From: Paracoccaceae bacterium
Lineage (GTDB): Bacteria > Pseudomonadota > Alphaproteobacteria > Rhodobacterales > Rhodobacteraceae
Reading direction: 5' to 3'
Length of the DNA: 32,706 nucleotides
Assembly (NCBI GenBank): GCA_011523445.1
Contig: WTGT01000318.1
Span: 1 to 32,706, forward strand
Part shown: one piece after another, positions 8,286-17,593 of the stretch
Position numbering within the stretch: the first letter of the stretch is position 1
Layout of the letters: every line of letters begins with the position of its first letter
Position numbers and translations under genes: made by a program
Notes under the pieces: model-generated
The model's input: the letters and a program-made list of their open reading frames with translations, nothing else
The model's database searches: none
Told to the model about the DNA's origin: nothing

Positions 8286-9473
8286 GTGAAAGTGGCCGAT
8301 CAAAAACAATTCAAACCCCTTGAAGGTATTAGGGTTGTTGAATTCTCCCATATGATATTTGGACCCTGTTGTGGATTGTTTCTTGGATTACTTGGTGCAG
8401 AAGTCATCAAGGTCGAACCACCAGGAGGTGATAAGACCAGAGACTTGACGGGTATGGGGGCTTCCTTTTTTCCAACATTCAACCGCGGGAAAAAGTCAGT
8501 AACCATTGATATGAAAACGCCGGAAGGTGCCCGTGCCATCGACAAATTACTTGCCTCTTCGGATATACTCATAGAGAATTTTCGTGATCAATCCCTCCCT
8601 AAAATGGGTTTGGAACCGGAACATCTGAAGGTAAAGTATCCTGGATTGATAACCGTTTCCTGCAAGGGATTTCTTGAAGGGCCTTATAAAAACAGGTCGG
8701 CCTTGGACGAGGTTGTTCAAATGATGACCGGATTGGCTTACATGACGGGTCCACCAGGAAATCCGCTGCGAATCGGTTCCTCGGCAAATGACATCATGGG
8801 TGGGTTGTTCGGTGCCTATTCAGCTGTTGCTGCCCTCAGGGAAAGGGAGCAAACTGGTGAAGGAAGAAATATCAGGATCGGGTTGTTTGAAAACAGCCTT
8901 CTTCTGGTTGCTCAACATATGGTTCAGTTCGAAATGCTGGGTGTGGAACCGGAGCCAATGCCCAACCGTGCTTTTTCATGGCCGGTATATGACATATTCC
9001 AGACAGCTGATGGACGGGAAATATTTGTCGGAGCTGTTACTGACGGACAGTGGGAAGTCTTATGCAGGATACTGGAAAAGGATGAACTGTTGAACGATGA
9101 ACGTCTGCAAACTAGGATGGACCAGATAAATGCCAGGTATTGGACCAAGCCGATTTTTACCGAGGCCATCAAATCCTTTGAATTTGACTGGTTGAGTTTA
9201 GAGTTTCAGAAGGCGGGTATTCCCTATGCCCCCGTCGCCAGACCGGCTCAGATGTATGATGATCCACAGGCCCAGGCAGCAGGTGGATTGCCGATATCAA
9301 CTTTTGAGAACGGTAAACAGATAAGGGTTCCCGGGATGCCCATTGAAATTGACAACAACCGGGTTGGCAAGGATTTTGATATTCCAGGTGTCGGCCAGGA
9401 CAACGATTCCATTTTGACGGCTTTGGGATTTGACAAGAACTTTATGCGTGAAGCTACAGGTCAAAAGAGGTAA
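8286..9473 (+). CDS. Family III CoA-transferase (CaiB/BaiF type)
   Basis: N-terminal GIRVVEFSHMIFGPCCGLFLGLLGAEVIKVEPPGGDKTR is the family III signature region. GTG start at 8286, or at 8292 just after AGGAG. Confidence 0.85.
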   Translation: MKVADQKQFKPLEGIRVVEFSHMIFGPCCGLFLGLLGAEVIKVEPPGGDKTRDLTGMGASFFPTFNRGKKSVTIDMKTPEGARAIDKLLASSDILIENFRDQSLPKMGLEPEHLKVKYPGLITVSCKGFLEGPYKNRSALDEVVQMMTGLAYMTGPPGNPLRIGSSANDIMGGLFGAYSAVAALREREQTGEGRNIRIGLFENSLLLVAQHMVQFEMLGVEPEPMPNRAFSWPVYDIFQTADGREIFVGAVTDGQWEVLCRILEKDELLNDERLQTRMDQINARYWTKPIFTEAIKSFEFDWLSLEFQKAGIPYAPVARPAQMYDDPQAQAAGGLPISTFENGKQIRVPGMPIEIDNNRVGKDFDIPGVGQDNDSILTALGFDKNFMREATGQKR

Positions 9474-9477
9474 AATT

Positions 9478-10422
9478 ATGCTTGAAGACAACATGTACCC
9501 AGCCGACAGGATAAGTTTACGGGAATTGTCCTTGCGTGATGGCCTGCAGATGACCAAAACCTATCCCTCCACCGCTGACAAGACCAAGCTTATCCAAATG
9601 ATGTATGAGGCTGGCGTTACACATTTTGAGGTTGGTTCTTTTTTACCGGTTAAAACGTTTCCACAATTTGCTGACATAAGAACCTTGATTGCTTTTGTGG
9701 CCGATTTGCCGAATGCCTATTCAACTGCCCTTACACTAAATGAAAGGGCCATGGATGATGCCCTTGAAACTCCCCTGGATGAGATGGTAATCGCCCTGTC
9801 TGCAACAGAGGAACATTGCCAGGCAAATATCAAGCGATCCAGGGATTCTGCAGTCGGTCTGATAAGGACTGCAGTTGAAAAAAGAAAGGCAAGCTCTTGG
9901 AATCCAATGATAGCCAGTGCCATTTCCGTTTCCTTTGGCTGCTCAATATCTGGAGATGTTGACCCCGATGATGTTCTGGAACTTGCCATGAAATGTGCTG
10001 AAGCTGGTGCCGATCAAATTGCCATAGCCGACACAGTCGGTTTTGCTGGACCAAAACAAGTCCATGAACTATCCAAAATGGTTGCATCCCATCTTGGTGA
10101 TCTTCCCATTGTCGTACATTTGCATGACACCCGGGGTACGGGAATAGCAAACGCTTATGCCGCTCTCGATGCAGGAGTCAGAGTGTTGGATGGTACATTG
10201 GGTGGTCTGGGTGGTTGTCCATTCGCACCAGGTGCAACAGGCAACGTTTCCTTCGAGGATCTGGTTTATCTTTGCGAACGTTCTGGTTTTCCTACGGGCA
10301 TTGATCTGGAGAAACTTATTGAGGCGAGAAACTTTTTATCCACAATCCTGCCTGGGGAACAACTTTATGGAATGATTTCCAAGGCAGGAATTCCATCCCG
10401 AATAGCCTGGCAAAGTAGCTGA
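9478..10422 (+). CDS. HMG-CoA-lyase-like (HMGL / DRE-TIM) acyl-CoA lyase
   Basis: RDGLQ, HLHDTRGTGIANAYAAL and GLGGCPFAPGATGN motifs. Likely start is ATG 9478, after AAGAGG and just past the upstream stop. The track ORF starts at 9430. Confidence 0.85.
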   Translation: MLEDNMYPADRISLRELSLRDGLQMTKTYPSTADKTKLIQMMYEAGVTHFEVGSFLPVKTFPQFADIRTLIAFVADLPNAYSTALTLNERAMDDALETPLDEMVIALSATEEHCQANIKRSRDSAVGLIRTAVEKRKASSWNPMIASAISVSFGCSISGDVDPDDVLELAMKCAEAGADQIAIADTVGFAGPKQVHELSKMVASHLGDLPIVVHLHDTRGTGIANAYAALDAGVRVLDGTLGGLGGCPFAPGATGNVSFEDLVYLCERSGFPTGIDLEKLIEARNFLSTILPGEQLYGMISKAGIPSRIAWQSS

Positions 10423-10597
10423 AGGGGTTTCAAACAATTATAACCTTTGGGGATCTAAAAAGATTCACCCAAAAAGGCAATTTCAAAGTTAACGTAATTG
10501 TCAAACACATTACCTCAGTTTTGGAAACTGAGAAAAATGGCTGGTAGTCTTTTCCATTGTCTCGGTACACTACAAAAAATGCCCCATAGGAAAGTCA

Positions 10598-10626
10598 TTG
10601 ACTTTTAATTTACAAAAACGTACATT
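10598..10626 (+). promoter_or_regulatory. Candidate sigma70-type promoter of the transporter operon
   Basis: TTGACT (10598-10603), a 17-nt spacer, then TACATT (10621-10626). The palindromic operator begins 12 nt downstream. Pattern match only. Confidence 0.4.
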
Positions 10627-10637
10627 ATTTCCACTTT

Positions 10638-10649
10638 TGGAACGTTCCA
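10638..10649. promoter_or_regulatory. Perfect 12-bp palindrome TGGAACGTTCCA; probable LacI-family operator
   Basis: Read directly from the sequence. It has a central CG, lies 53 nt upstream of the binding-protein ATG (10702) and just downstream of the candidate -10. The same core recurs at 19954-19967. Confidence 0.7.
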
Positions 10650-10701
10650 TTTTTTCTTGGGAGGTTCCATTTCGATTATAATTGTCCAGTGGAGGATTAA
10701 C

Positions 10702-11952
10702 ATGAAAGGACTAATTAAATCAACAATAAACGGGATGGCTGTACTTGCTCTATCAGGAGGAATGGCCGTTTCTCAAGAAGTTGAAGTATTGCATTGGTGG
10801 ACTTCGGGTGGCGAAGCCAGTGCATTGAATGTTTTGAAACAGGATTTGGAATCCCAAGGTATCGGTTGGCTTGACATGCCTGTTGCCGGTGGTGGTGGTG
10901 AACAGGCCATGACCGTATTGCGTGCAAGGGTAACAGCCGGTGATGCACCAACCGCAGTTCAAGCTTTGGGCTTTGACATTTTGGATTGGGGTGCCCAGGG
11001 TGCGTTGGCAAACCTGAACGATGTTGCCGCTGCCGAAGGCTGGGACGATGTTATACCTGAAGCCCTGCAATATTTTGCCAAATATGATGGCAAATGGATT
11101 TCAGCTCCCGTGAATGTCCATTCCACCAATTGGGTATGGGCCAACAAGGCAGTATTGGATGCCAACGGCATAGATATTCCCGAAACCTGGGAAGATTTCA
11201 TGGCTGCAATTGAAACACTAAGTGCTGCTGGAGTTACCCCCGTCGCCCAAGGTGGAGAGGCCTGGCAGGAAGCAACCATGTTTGATGCTGTTGCCATGTC
11301 AGCTGGTGGTCCAGACTTTTACAAGGCTGCATTCATTGACCTTGATGAAGAGGCACTCGGATCCGATACCATGAAGGAAGCTTTTGATCGAATGGCCTTC
11401 ATTCGTGGCCATGTTGATGAGAATTTCTCCGGACGGTCATGGAACTTGGCTACAGCAATGGTCATCAATGGTGAAGCTGGTTTCCAAATGATGGGCGACT
11501 GGGCCAAGGGTGAATTCCTGAACGCAGGCAAGGTGCCAGGTGAAGATTTCCTTTGTTTCCGCTTCCCAGGAACTCAAAATCAGGTTACCTTCAATGCTGA
11601 CCAGTTCATGATGTTTGATCAGGGTGGTGTTGTTTCACCGGAGCAAGCTGCTCTTGCTTCAGCGATATTGTCGCCCAGTTTCCAATCTGCCTTCAATGTT
11701 GTCAAGGGATCCGTACCTGCACGTACAGATGTATCTGATGAAGCCTTTGATGCCTGTGGCAAGCAGGGAATGGCTGATCTCGCAAGTGCTTCAGCTTCCG
11801 GCAACCTCTTTGGTTCGATGGCTCATGGTCACGCCAACCAGGCAGCTGTAAAAAATGCAATGTATGACGTTATTACTGCCCACTTTAACGGGGAATATGA
11901 CAGCGCCACAGCTGTGGAAGAACTCGTTGATGCAGTTTCCATTGCCAAATAA
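10702..11952 (+). CDS. Glucose/mannose-type (GtsA-like) CUT1 ABC sugar-binding protein
   Basis: Signal peptide [24 protein letters not shown] follows GGAGG (10691-10695). The mature N-terminus [20 protein letters not shown]...[17 protein letters not shown] matches my memory of Pseudomonas GtsA-type binding proteins. Confidence 0.8.
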   Translation: MKGLIKSTINGMAVLALSGGMAVSQEVEVLHWWTSGGEASALNVLKQDLESQGIGWLDMPVAGGGGEQAMTVLRARVTAGDAPTAVQALGFDILDWGAQGALANLNDVAAAEGWDDVIPEALQYFAKYDGKWISAPVNVHSTNWVWANKAVLDANGIDIPETWEDFMAAIETLSAAGVTPVAQGGEAWQEATMFDAVAMSAGGPDFYKAAFIDLDEEALGSDTMKEAFDRMAFIRGHVDENFSGRSWNLATAMVINGEAGFQMMGDWAKGEFLNAGKVPGEDFLCFRFPGTQNQVTFNADQFMMFDQGGVVSPEQAALASAILSPSFQSAFNVVKGSVPARTDVSDEAFDACGKQGMADLASASASGNLFGSMAHGHANQAAVKNAMYDVITAHFNGEYDSATAVEELVDAVSIAK

Positions 11953-11969
11953 GGCAAAATAAAATAATT

Positions 11970-12005
11970 ACACATGGCGTTCACAATTATTGGAGCGCCA
12001 TGTGT
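11970..12005 (+). promoter_or_regulatory. Intercistronic stem-loop downstream of the binding-protein gene
   Basis: acacatggcg (11970-11979) pairs perfectly with cgccatgtgt (11996-12005), leaving a 16-nt loop that can be shortened by 2-3 further pairs. It lies in the 79-nt spacer before the permease ATG at 12032. No clear U-tract. Confidence 0.6.
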
Positions 12006-12031
12006 CTTGCCCACCTTTTCAATAATAAGCA

Positions 12032-12952
12032 ATGACTGTAGCCCAATCCGGAGTGGATTTTAGAACACGATTACAAGGTTGGTTGCCCAAACTTGTATTA
12101 TCACCATCTGTTGCGATGGTCTTTGTGTTTGTCTACGGCTTTATCCTGTTTACTGTTTATGTTTCTTTCACTGACAGCAGGATATTACCCTTTGTGGGAA
12201 AATCTGGAGAACCTGCCTTCGATTTGATAGGAATATCAAATTACCAAAAGTTGTTTAAGTTGTCCCATTGGGAAATAGCTGTGACCAACATGGGCATATT
12301 TGCAGGTCTCTATATTATTATCTGCACAGTCATAGGGTTGTTTCTGGCGATCCTGCTTGATCAAAAAATCCGGGGTGAGGGAGTATTAAGGCCTCTTTAC
12401 CTTTACCCCATGGCCTTGAGTTTCATTGTAACCGGTACAGCATGGAAGTGGTTTCTGGATCCAGGTATCGGGGTTGAGAGTATAATTCATACATGGGGTT
12501 GGGAATCTTTCAGCTTTGATTGGATCAAAAACCGTGATTTCGCCATTTACACCATTGTAATGGCTGCAGTTTGGCAAACTTCGGGCTTCGTAATGGCGAT
12601 GTTTCTTGCCGGCCTTCGCGGAATTGACAACGAAATATTGAAAGCTGCCCAAATTGACGGGGCTTCAAACTGGAATTTGTACAGACGGATAATCATACCG
12701 CAATTGCGCCCGGCTTTTCTTTCTGCTTTCGTTATTCTGGCACACTTGGCCATCAAGACCTTTGACCTTGTAATCGCCATGACAAGTGGTGGTCCTGGAC
12801 GAGCAACGGAACTTCCTGCAACCTTTATGTATTCCTATACCTTTGGTCGCAATCAAATGGGCATTGGTTCCTCTTCCGCCGTGATCATGCTGATGACTAT
12901 TGCCGCCATCATGGTACCCTACCTTTACTCGGAATTGAGGGAAAGGAAATAA
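12032..12952 (+). CDS. ABC sugar transporter permease (GtsB/MalF-like)
   Basis: 306 aa, multi-TM, with EAA loop LRGIDNEILKAAQIDGASNWNLYRRIIIPQL. Confidence 0.9.
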   Translation: MTVAQSGVDFRTRLQGWLPKLVLSPSVAMVFVFVYGFILFTVYVSFTDSRILPFVGKSGEPAFDLIGISNYQKLFKLSHWEIAVTNMGIFAGLYIIICTVIGLFLAILLDQKIRGEGVLRPLYLYPMALSFIVTGTAWKWFLDPGIGVESIIHTWGWESFSFDWIKNRDFAIYTIVMAAVWQTSGFVMAMFLAGLRGIDNEILKAAQIDGASNWNLYRRIIIPQLRPAFLSAFVILAHLAIKTFDLVIAMTSGGPGRATELPATFMYSYTFGRNQMGIGSSSAVIMLMTIAAIMVPYLYSELRERK

Positions 12953-13833
12953 TGGCTATCTCAGCTCAAGATACGGCAATTCGAACGGGACGAATTACCC
13001 GGACCTTTATCTACCTTGTCTTGACGCTTTTCGCTCTGTTCTACATGCTGCCCTTGTATGTGATGGTGGTAAACTCCCTGAAACCCCTATCGGAAATTAC
13101 CGGGGGCGGGATGATGTCCTTGCCTCAGGTTTGGACAATCGAGCCTTGGTTAAAGGCTTGGTCAACAGCACAGGTTGGTGTTCAGGCAACGGGATTGAGG
13201 CCTTATTTCCTGAATTCGATTTTGATGGTTGTTCCAGCGGTAGCAATCTCGACAACACTCGGTGCTCTCAATGGTTATGTACTGACAAAATGGAGGTTCA
13301 AGGGTGATACCCTGCTTTTTGGATTCATGCTATTTGCCTGTTTCATCCCTTTCCAGATAGTCCTGATTCCCATGGCCGCGGTTCTCGGAACGTTGGGAAT
13401 TTCCGGAACAACTGCCGGACTAGTGCTGGTTCACGTGGTATACGGAATTGGCTTTACGACTCTTTATTTTCGCAACTATTATGCCGTTTTTCCGACGGAA
13501 CTTGTTCGGGCCGCACAGATTGACGGAGCTGGTTTTTTCCAGATATTTTGGCGAATCCTGTTACCCTCGTCCGGACCGATAGCCGTTGTTTCGGTTATCT
13601 GGCAATTTACCAACATCTGGAATGATTTCATTTTCGGCGCCTCATTTGCATCAGGAGATGGTGCACCCATGACAGTAGCCTTGAATAACCTTGTACAATC
13701 ATCAACCGGGGTAAAAGAATTTAACGTCCATTTTGCAGGGGCTATTCTGGCCGCTTTTCCCACACTTCTCGTTTACATCGTCGCAGGTCGGTATTTTGTT
13801 CGTGGCCTGATGGCAGGTTCAGTCAAAGGATAA
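12952..13833 (+). CDS. ABC sugar transporter permease (GtsC/MalG-like)
   Basis: 293 aa with EAA loop FPTELVRAAQIDGAGFFQIFWRILLPSS. TAATG 1-nt overlap with the upstream gene. Confidence 0.9.
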   Translation: MAISAQDTAIRTGRITRTFIYLVLTLFALFYMLPLYVMVVNSLKPLSEITGGGMMSLPQVWTIEPWLKAWSTAQVGVQATGLRPYFLNSILMVVPAVAISTTLGALNGYVLTKWRFKGDTLLFGFMLFACFIPFQIVLIPMAAVLGTLGISGTTAGLVLVHVVYGIGFTTLYFRNYYAVFPTELVRAAQIDGAGFFQIFWRILLPSSGPIAVVSVIWQFTNIWNDFIFGASFASGDGAPMTVALNNLVQSSTGVKEFNVHFAGAILAAFPTLLVYIVAGRYFVRGLMAGSVKG

Positions 13834-13837
13834 ACCA

Positions 13838-14953
13838 ATGGGGTTTCTTGATATAGACAATGCCACCAAATCATATGGCAAGGTAGAAGTACTACACAAT
13901 GTTGATATATCCGTCCAAGAAGGCGAATTTTTGGTACTGGTCGGACCCTCGGGTTGTGGTAAATCCACTTTATTGAACATGATCGCCGGGCTAGAAGAAG
14001 TAACGAGTGGTGAAATAAGAATCAAGGGAGAGGTGATGAATCATGTTCACCCCTCCAAGCGAAACATAGCAATGGTTTTTCAATCCTATGCCCTTTACCC
14101 GAACATGACGGTTGGCCAAAATATTACTTTCGGTCTTGAAATGCATGGAGTACCCAAGTCCGAACGTGAAAAGGCCATGGACAAGGTTGCCAGATTGCTT
14201 CAGATCGAAAACCTCTTGTCTCGAAAGCCCGGACAACTGTCCGGTGGTCAGCGTCAGCGTGTTGCCATGGGACGAGCGTTGGTCCGTGAACCGGATGTCT
14301 TTCTGTTTGACGAACCGCTTTCCAATCTTGATGCCAAGCTCCGTGTTGACATGCGTACGGAAATTAAGAAGCTGCATCAGAATCTAGGGACAACCATCGT
14401 CTATGTGACACATGATCAAATAGAGGCAATGACCCTGTCAACCAGGATCGCCGTGATGCATAATGGATATATCCAGCAACTTGGAACTCCCAATGAGATA
14501 TACAATTCTCCATCCAACCTGTTTGTGGCCACCTTCATGGGTTCCCCATCAATGAATTTGTTACCTGTAAGAATCAATGTGGATGGCAATGATGTTCGAG
14601 CCGAAACTACCAATGGCAAAGGTGAGGCAGTAAACCTTGCTTTCCATAATCCCTCAGCATCCCTTAAGGAATTCAACGGAAAAAATGTTACCTTGGGCAT
14701 ACGACCTGAGGGTCTTACTGATCTGGAAGGTGCCGATCAAAGGTCAAGTCATATAGAAACCATAAATAATACCGTTGATGTCATCGAACCTGCCGGCTCC
14801 GATACATTCGTAACGACCACCATGGGAAATACTGAATGTATAGGAAGAATGCGGGCTGATACCAACCTGAAACCGGGTGTGGAGACAAGTTTTGCGATAA
14901 ACATGGAAAAGGTTGTCGTTTTTGATCCCGAGACCGAAATGCGGATAGCCTGA
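13838..14953 (+). CDS. ABC transporter ATP-binding protein (MalK/UgpC type)
   Basis: Walker A GPSGCGKST, signature LSGGQRQRVAMGRAL, Walker B VFLFDEPLSNLD, plus a C-terminal regulatory/TOBE-like domain. Confidence 0.93.
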   Translation: MGFLDIDNATKSYGKVEVLHNVDISVQEGEFLVLVGPSGCGKSTLLNMIAGLEEVTSGEIRIKGEVMNHVHPSKRNIAMVFQSYALYPNMTVGQNITFGLEMHGVPKSEREKAMDKVARLLQIENLLSRKPGQLSGGQRQRVAMGRALVREPDVFLFDEPLSNLDAKLRVDMRTEIKKLHQNLGTTIVYVTHDQIEAMTLSTRIAVMHNGYIQQLGTPNEIYNSPSNLFVATFMGSPSMNLLPVRINVDGNDVRAETTNGKGEAVNLAFHNPSASLKEFNGKNVTLGIRPEGLTDLEGADQRSSHIETINNTVDVIEPAGSDTFVTTTMGNTECIGRMRADTNLKPGVETSFAINMEKVVVFDPETEMRIA

Positions 14954-15197
14954 TGCAAATAAACGTTCTTCTGTACTCACCTTCAATTTGTTCTGGGAAA
15001 ATTAATGGAAGGTTTCATGCAAATACTGGCATCCTGTCATTTTCCATTGATTCCTGACTCTTGCTTCATTCATACCTGAGAGGTGAATGTGGGATTTCGG
15101 TGTACCAAATGAGACACTTGAATGACCTGATTATGGAAACCTTCAAGTTGCCATTGTACCTTCAAGGGAATCAAAATTATCAGTCAAGGCTATTTAC

Positions 15198-15956
15198 ATG
15201 AACAAGGTTGCTCTGATTACAGGTGGACAGCGTGGAATAGGTTTGGGTATTACCCGTGCACTCGGAAAGGCCAATTATGCATTGGCTCTGACCGGATCAA
15301 GCAAGGAAGATACCGAAGCGGTTCATTCGGCACTGCATGAACTTGGACCGACAGCGAGATATTATCAGCATGATGTAAGGGATGTGGAAAAGATTCCTTC
15401 CCTTTTGGACAAGATTGAAACCGATCTGGGTTCAATTACTTCACTGGTATCGAATGCAGGCGTTGCTGCTCGAATCAGGGGAGATTTACTCAATATAACA
15501 CCAGAAAATTTTGATTATGTCATGGACATCAATCTGCGAGGAGCTTTTTTTCTTACCCAGAAGATAGCCCAACGGATGTTGGAACGTCCTTCCACCCACT
15601 ATCGTTCAATCGTGATCGTTACTTCCGTCAGCTCCAGTTTGGTTTCCATCGAACGGGCCGAATACTGCATATCCAAAGCAGGTGCCTCTATGATGTCCAA
15701 ATTGTTTGCAGCACGATTGGCAGGTGAAAACATAGGTGTATTCGAGATTCAACCCGGCATCATCGAAACCGACATGACCTCAGGGGTCAAGGACAAATAT
15801 ACAACCCTGATAGGTAACGGCCTGGTTCCTGCCAAGCGATGGGGCAAGCCTGAGGATATTGGTTCTGTTGTCTTGTCACTGGTTGAAGGGCAGATGGCAT
15901 TTGCCAGTGGAGCAGCCATACCGGTTGATGGGGGTTTGAGTATCCATCGTCTCTGA
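15198..15956 (+). CDS. SDR family oxidoreductase
   Basis: KVALITGGQRGIGLGI cofactor motif, NAG, and catalytic YCISK. Confidence 0.85.
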   Translation: MNKVALITGGQRGIGLGITRALGKANYALALTGSSKEDTEAVHSALHELGPTARYYQHDVRDVEKIPSLLDKIETDLGSITSLVSNAGVAARIRGDLLNITPENFDYVMDINLRGAFFLTQKIAQRMLERPSTHYRSIVIVTSVSSSLVSIERAEYCISKAGASMMSKLFAARLAGENIGVFEIQPGIIETDMTSGVKDKYTTLIGNGLVPAKRWGKPEDIGSVVLSLVEGQMAFASGAAIPVDGGLSIHRL

Positions 15957-15966
15957 ATGGTTTGTC

Positions 15967-17553
15967 ATGGCAGATACCTTTGATTTCATAGTTGTTGGAG
16001 GAGGCTCCGCAGGCTGTGTGGTTGCTTCGCGCCTCAGTGAAGACCCTTCGGTCAGTGTATTGCTTCTAGAAGCTGGGGGAAGCGACCGACATCCCCTCTA
16101 CCATTTACCTGCCGGTTTTGCCAAGATGACCAAGGGGATTGGGTCTTGGGGTTGGGAAACCGTTCCACAAATCAACATGAAAAATCGGGTGTTTAACTAT
16201 ACCCAAGCCAAGGTCATAGGTGGTGGTTCAACCATCAACGCCCAGATTTATACCCGGGGGAACCCTCTGGATTATGATGAATGGCAACAAATGGGGTGTC
16301 ATGGCTGGTCATTTGAGGATGTATTGCCTTATTTCCGCAAAGCGGAGGACAATGACACCTACGACAATGAATATCACGGCCAAGGTGGACCACTTGGTGT
16401 ATCGCAACCTTCGGCACCCCTCCCCATTTGAGAGGCCTATTTCAAGGCCGCCGAAACTCTTGGCATCCCCACAAACGATGATGTGAACGGTCCGAAACAG
16501 GACGGCGTTACCTATTACCAGCTTACCCAAAGGAATGTTTTTCGGTCTTCTTCCGCAAAGGCTTATTTCGGATCAGCCCGCCAGCGTAAAAATCTTGCCA
16601 AACGCCTTAACTCCAATGTTACCAGGATTATTGTGGAAAATCATAAGGCCAAAGGAGTTGTGCTCATTGATGGCAGCAAGCTTTTTGCAAGACATGAGGT
16701 CATACTCTCTTCAGGTACAATAGGTACCCCCCGTTTGCTCCTACTTTCTGGCATTGGCCCGGCTGATCATCTGAAAAGTCTTGGTATTAATGTGGTTTTC
16801 GATCAACCTCAGGTCGGTGAAAACCTTCAGGACCACCTTGATCTGTATTGCATTTGTGAGGTTTCAGGGCCTTTTACCTATGATCGGTTTGCCAAATTGC
16901 ACTTGTCTGCCATGGCTTTCATTCAATTCCTGTTTACTCGCAAGGGGCCAGTGGCATCCAGCCTGTTCGAGACCGGTGGGTTTTGGTATGTCGACCCGGA
17001 TGCTCGTTCACCTGACATTCAATTCCATCTTGGTCTGGGTACGGGTATAGAGAAGGGTGTAAAATATATGCCACAGGGCGGTGTTACGTTAAATTCATGT
17101 TACCTCCGACCACGATCAAGAGGGACCGTAAGATTACAAAGCAAGGATCCGGTCGACGCCCCTTTAATTGATCCAAATTATCTTGAGGACAAACGGGATA
17201 GGGAAATGTCAATCCGAGGATTGAAACTAACACAAGCTATCCTTTCTCAAAAACCCCTGCAACCATTTATCCGATCTGAGCAACTTCCTGGCCCAAATGT
17301 TAAAAGTGAAGAGGAATATTTTGATTTCATCTGTGAGCATTCGAAAACCTCCCATCATTGTGTTGGAACCTGTCGAATGGGTTCAGATGACAATGCTGTC
17401 CTCGATATCCGTCTCCGTTTCAGGGGAATCAGAGGTCTGAGAATTGTAGATAATTCAATCATGCCGAGAGTAATCTCTTCCAATACAAATGCGGCAGCGA
17501 TCATGATTGGAGAAAAAGCTTCCGACATGATCCGAGAGGATTATGGGCTATAG
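15967..17553 (+). pseudogene. GMC-family (choline-dehydrogenase-like) FAD oxidoreductase interrupted by one in-frame TGA at 16429-16431
   Basis: The track splits it into 15967..16431 and 16483..17553, which are in the same frame. Translation across the gap reads ...GVSQPSAPLPI*EAYFKAAETLGIPTNDDVNGPKQDG... and is collinear with BetA-like proteins. The FAD motif DFIVVGGGSAGCVVASRL and the C-terminal HHCVGTCRMG and IMPRVISSNTNAAAIMIGEK are all intact. Confidence 0.75.
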
Positions 17554-17593
17554 AAATGAGTTTTTATCCCAAAGAAGTGAAAATTAATCTGCC

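Noticed and set aside
10336-10344. Consensus DnaA box TTATCCACA
   Set aside because: It is a single copy inside the HMGL-like coding region, with no cluster and no AT-rich unwinding element. One 9-mer hit in 2 x 32.7 kb is roughly what chance would give.
10514-10532. 7-bp hairpin ctcagtt/aactgag in the spacer after the lyase gene, considered as a terminator
   Set aside because: It is followed by an A-run rather than a T-run on the plus strand, and on the minus strand the T-run precedes the stem. It does not fit an intrinsic terminator in either orientation.
15579-15592. Operator-like TTGGAACGTCCTTC inside the SDR gene. A related sequence, ACGGAACGTTGTGT, occurs at 22381-22394.
   Set aside because: Only the left half matches, there is no dyad symmetry, and both are inside coding sequence. 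They are most simply chance occurrences of the GGAACG core.
16432-16449. Possible SECIS element after the in-frame TGA of the GMC gene
   Set aside because: The stem is only 5 bp and starts 2 nt after the UGA. It has neither the size nor the spacing of the fdhF-type bacterial SECIS as I recall it. The aligned position in BetA-like enzymes is not a catalytic Cys. Selenocysteine remains only a remote alternative in the finding.
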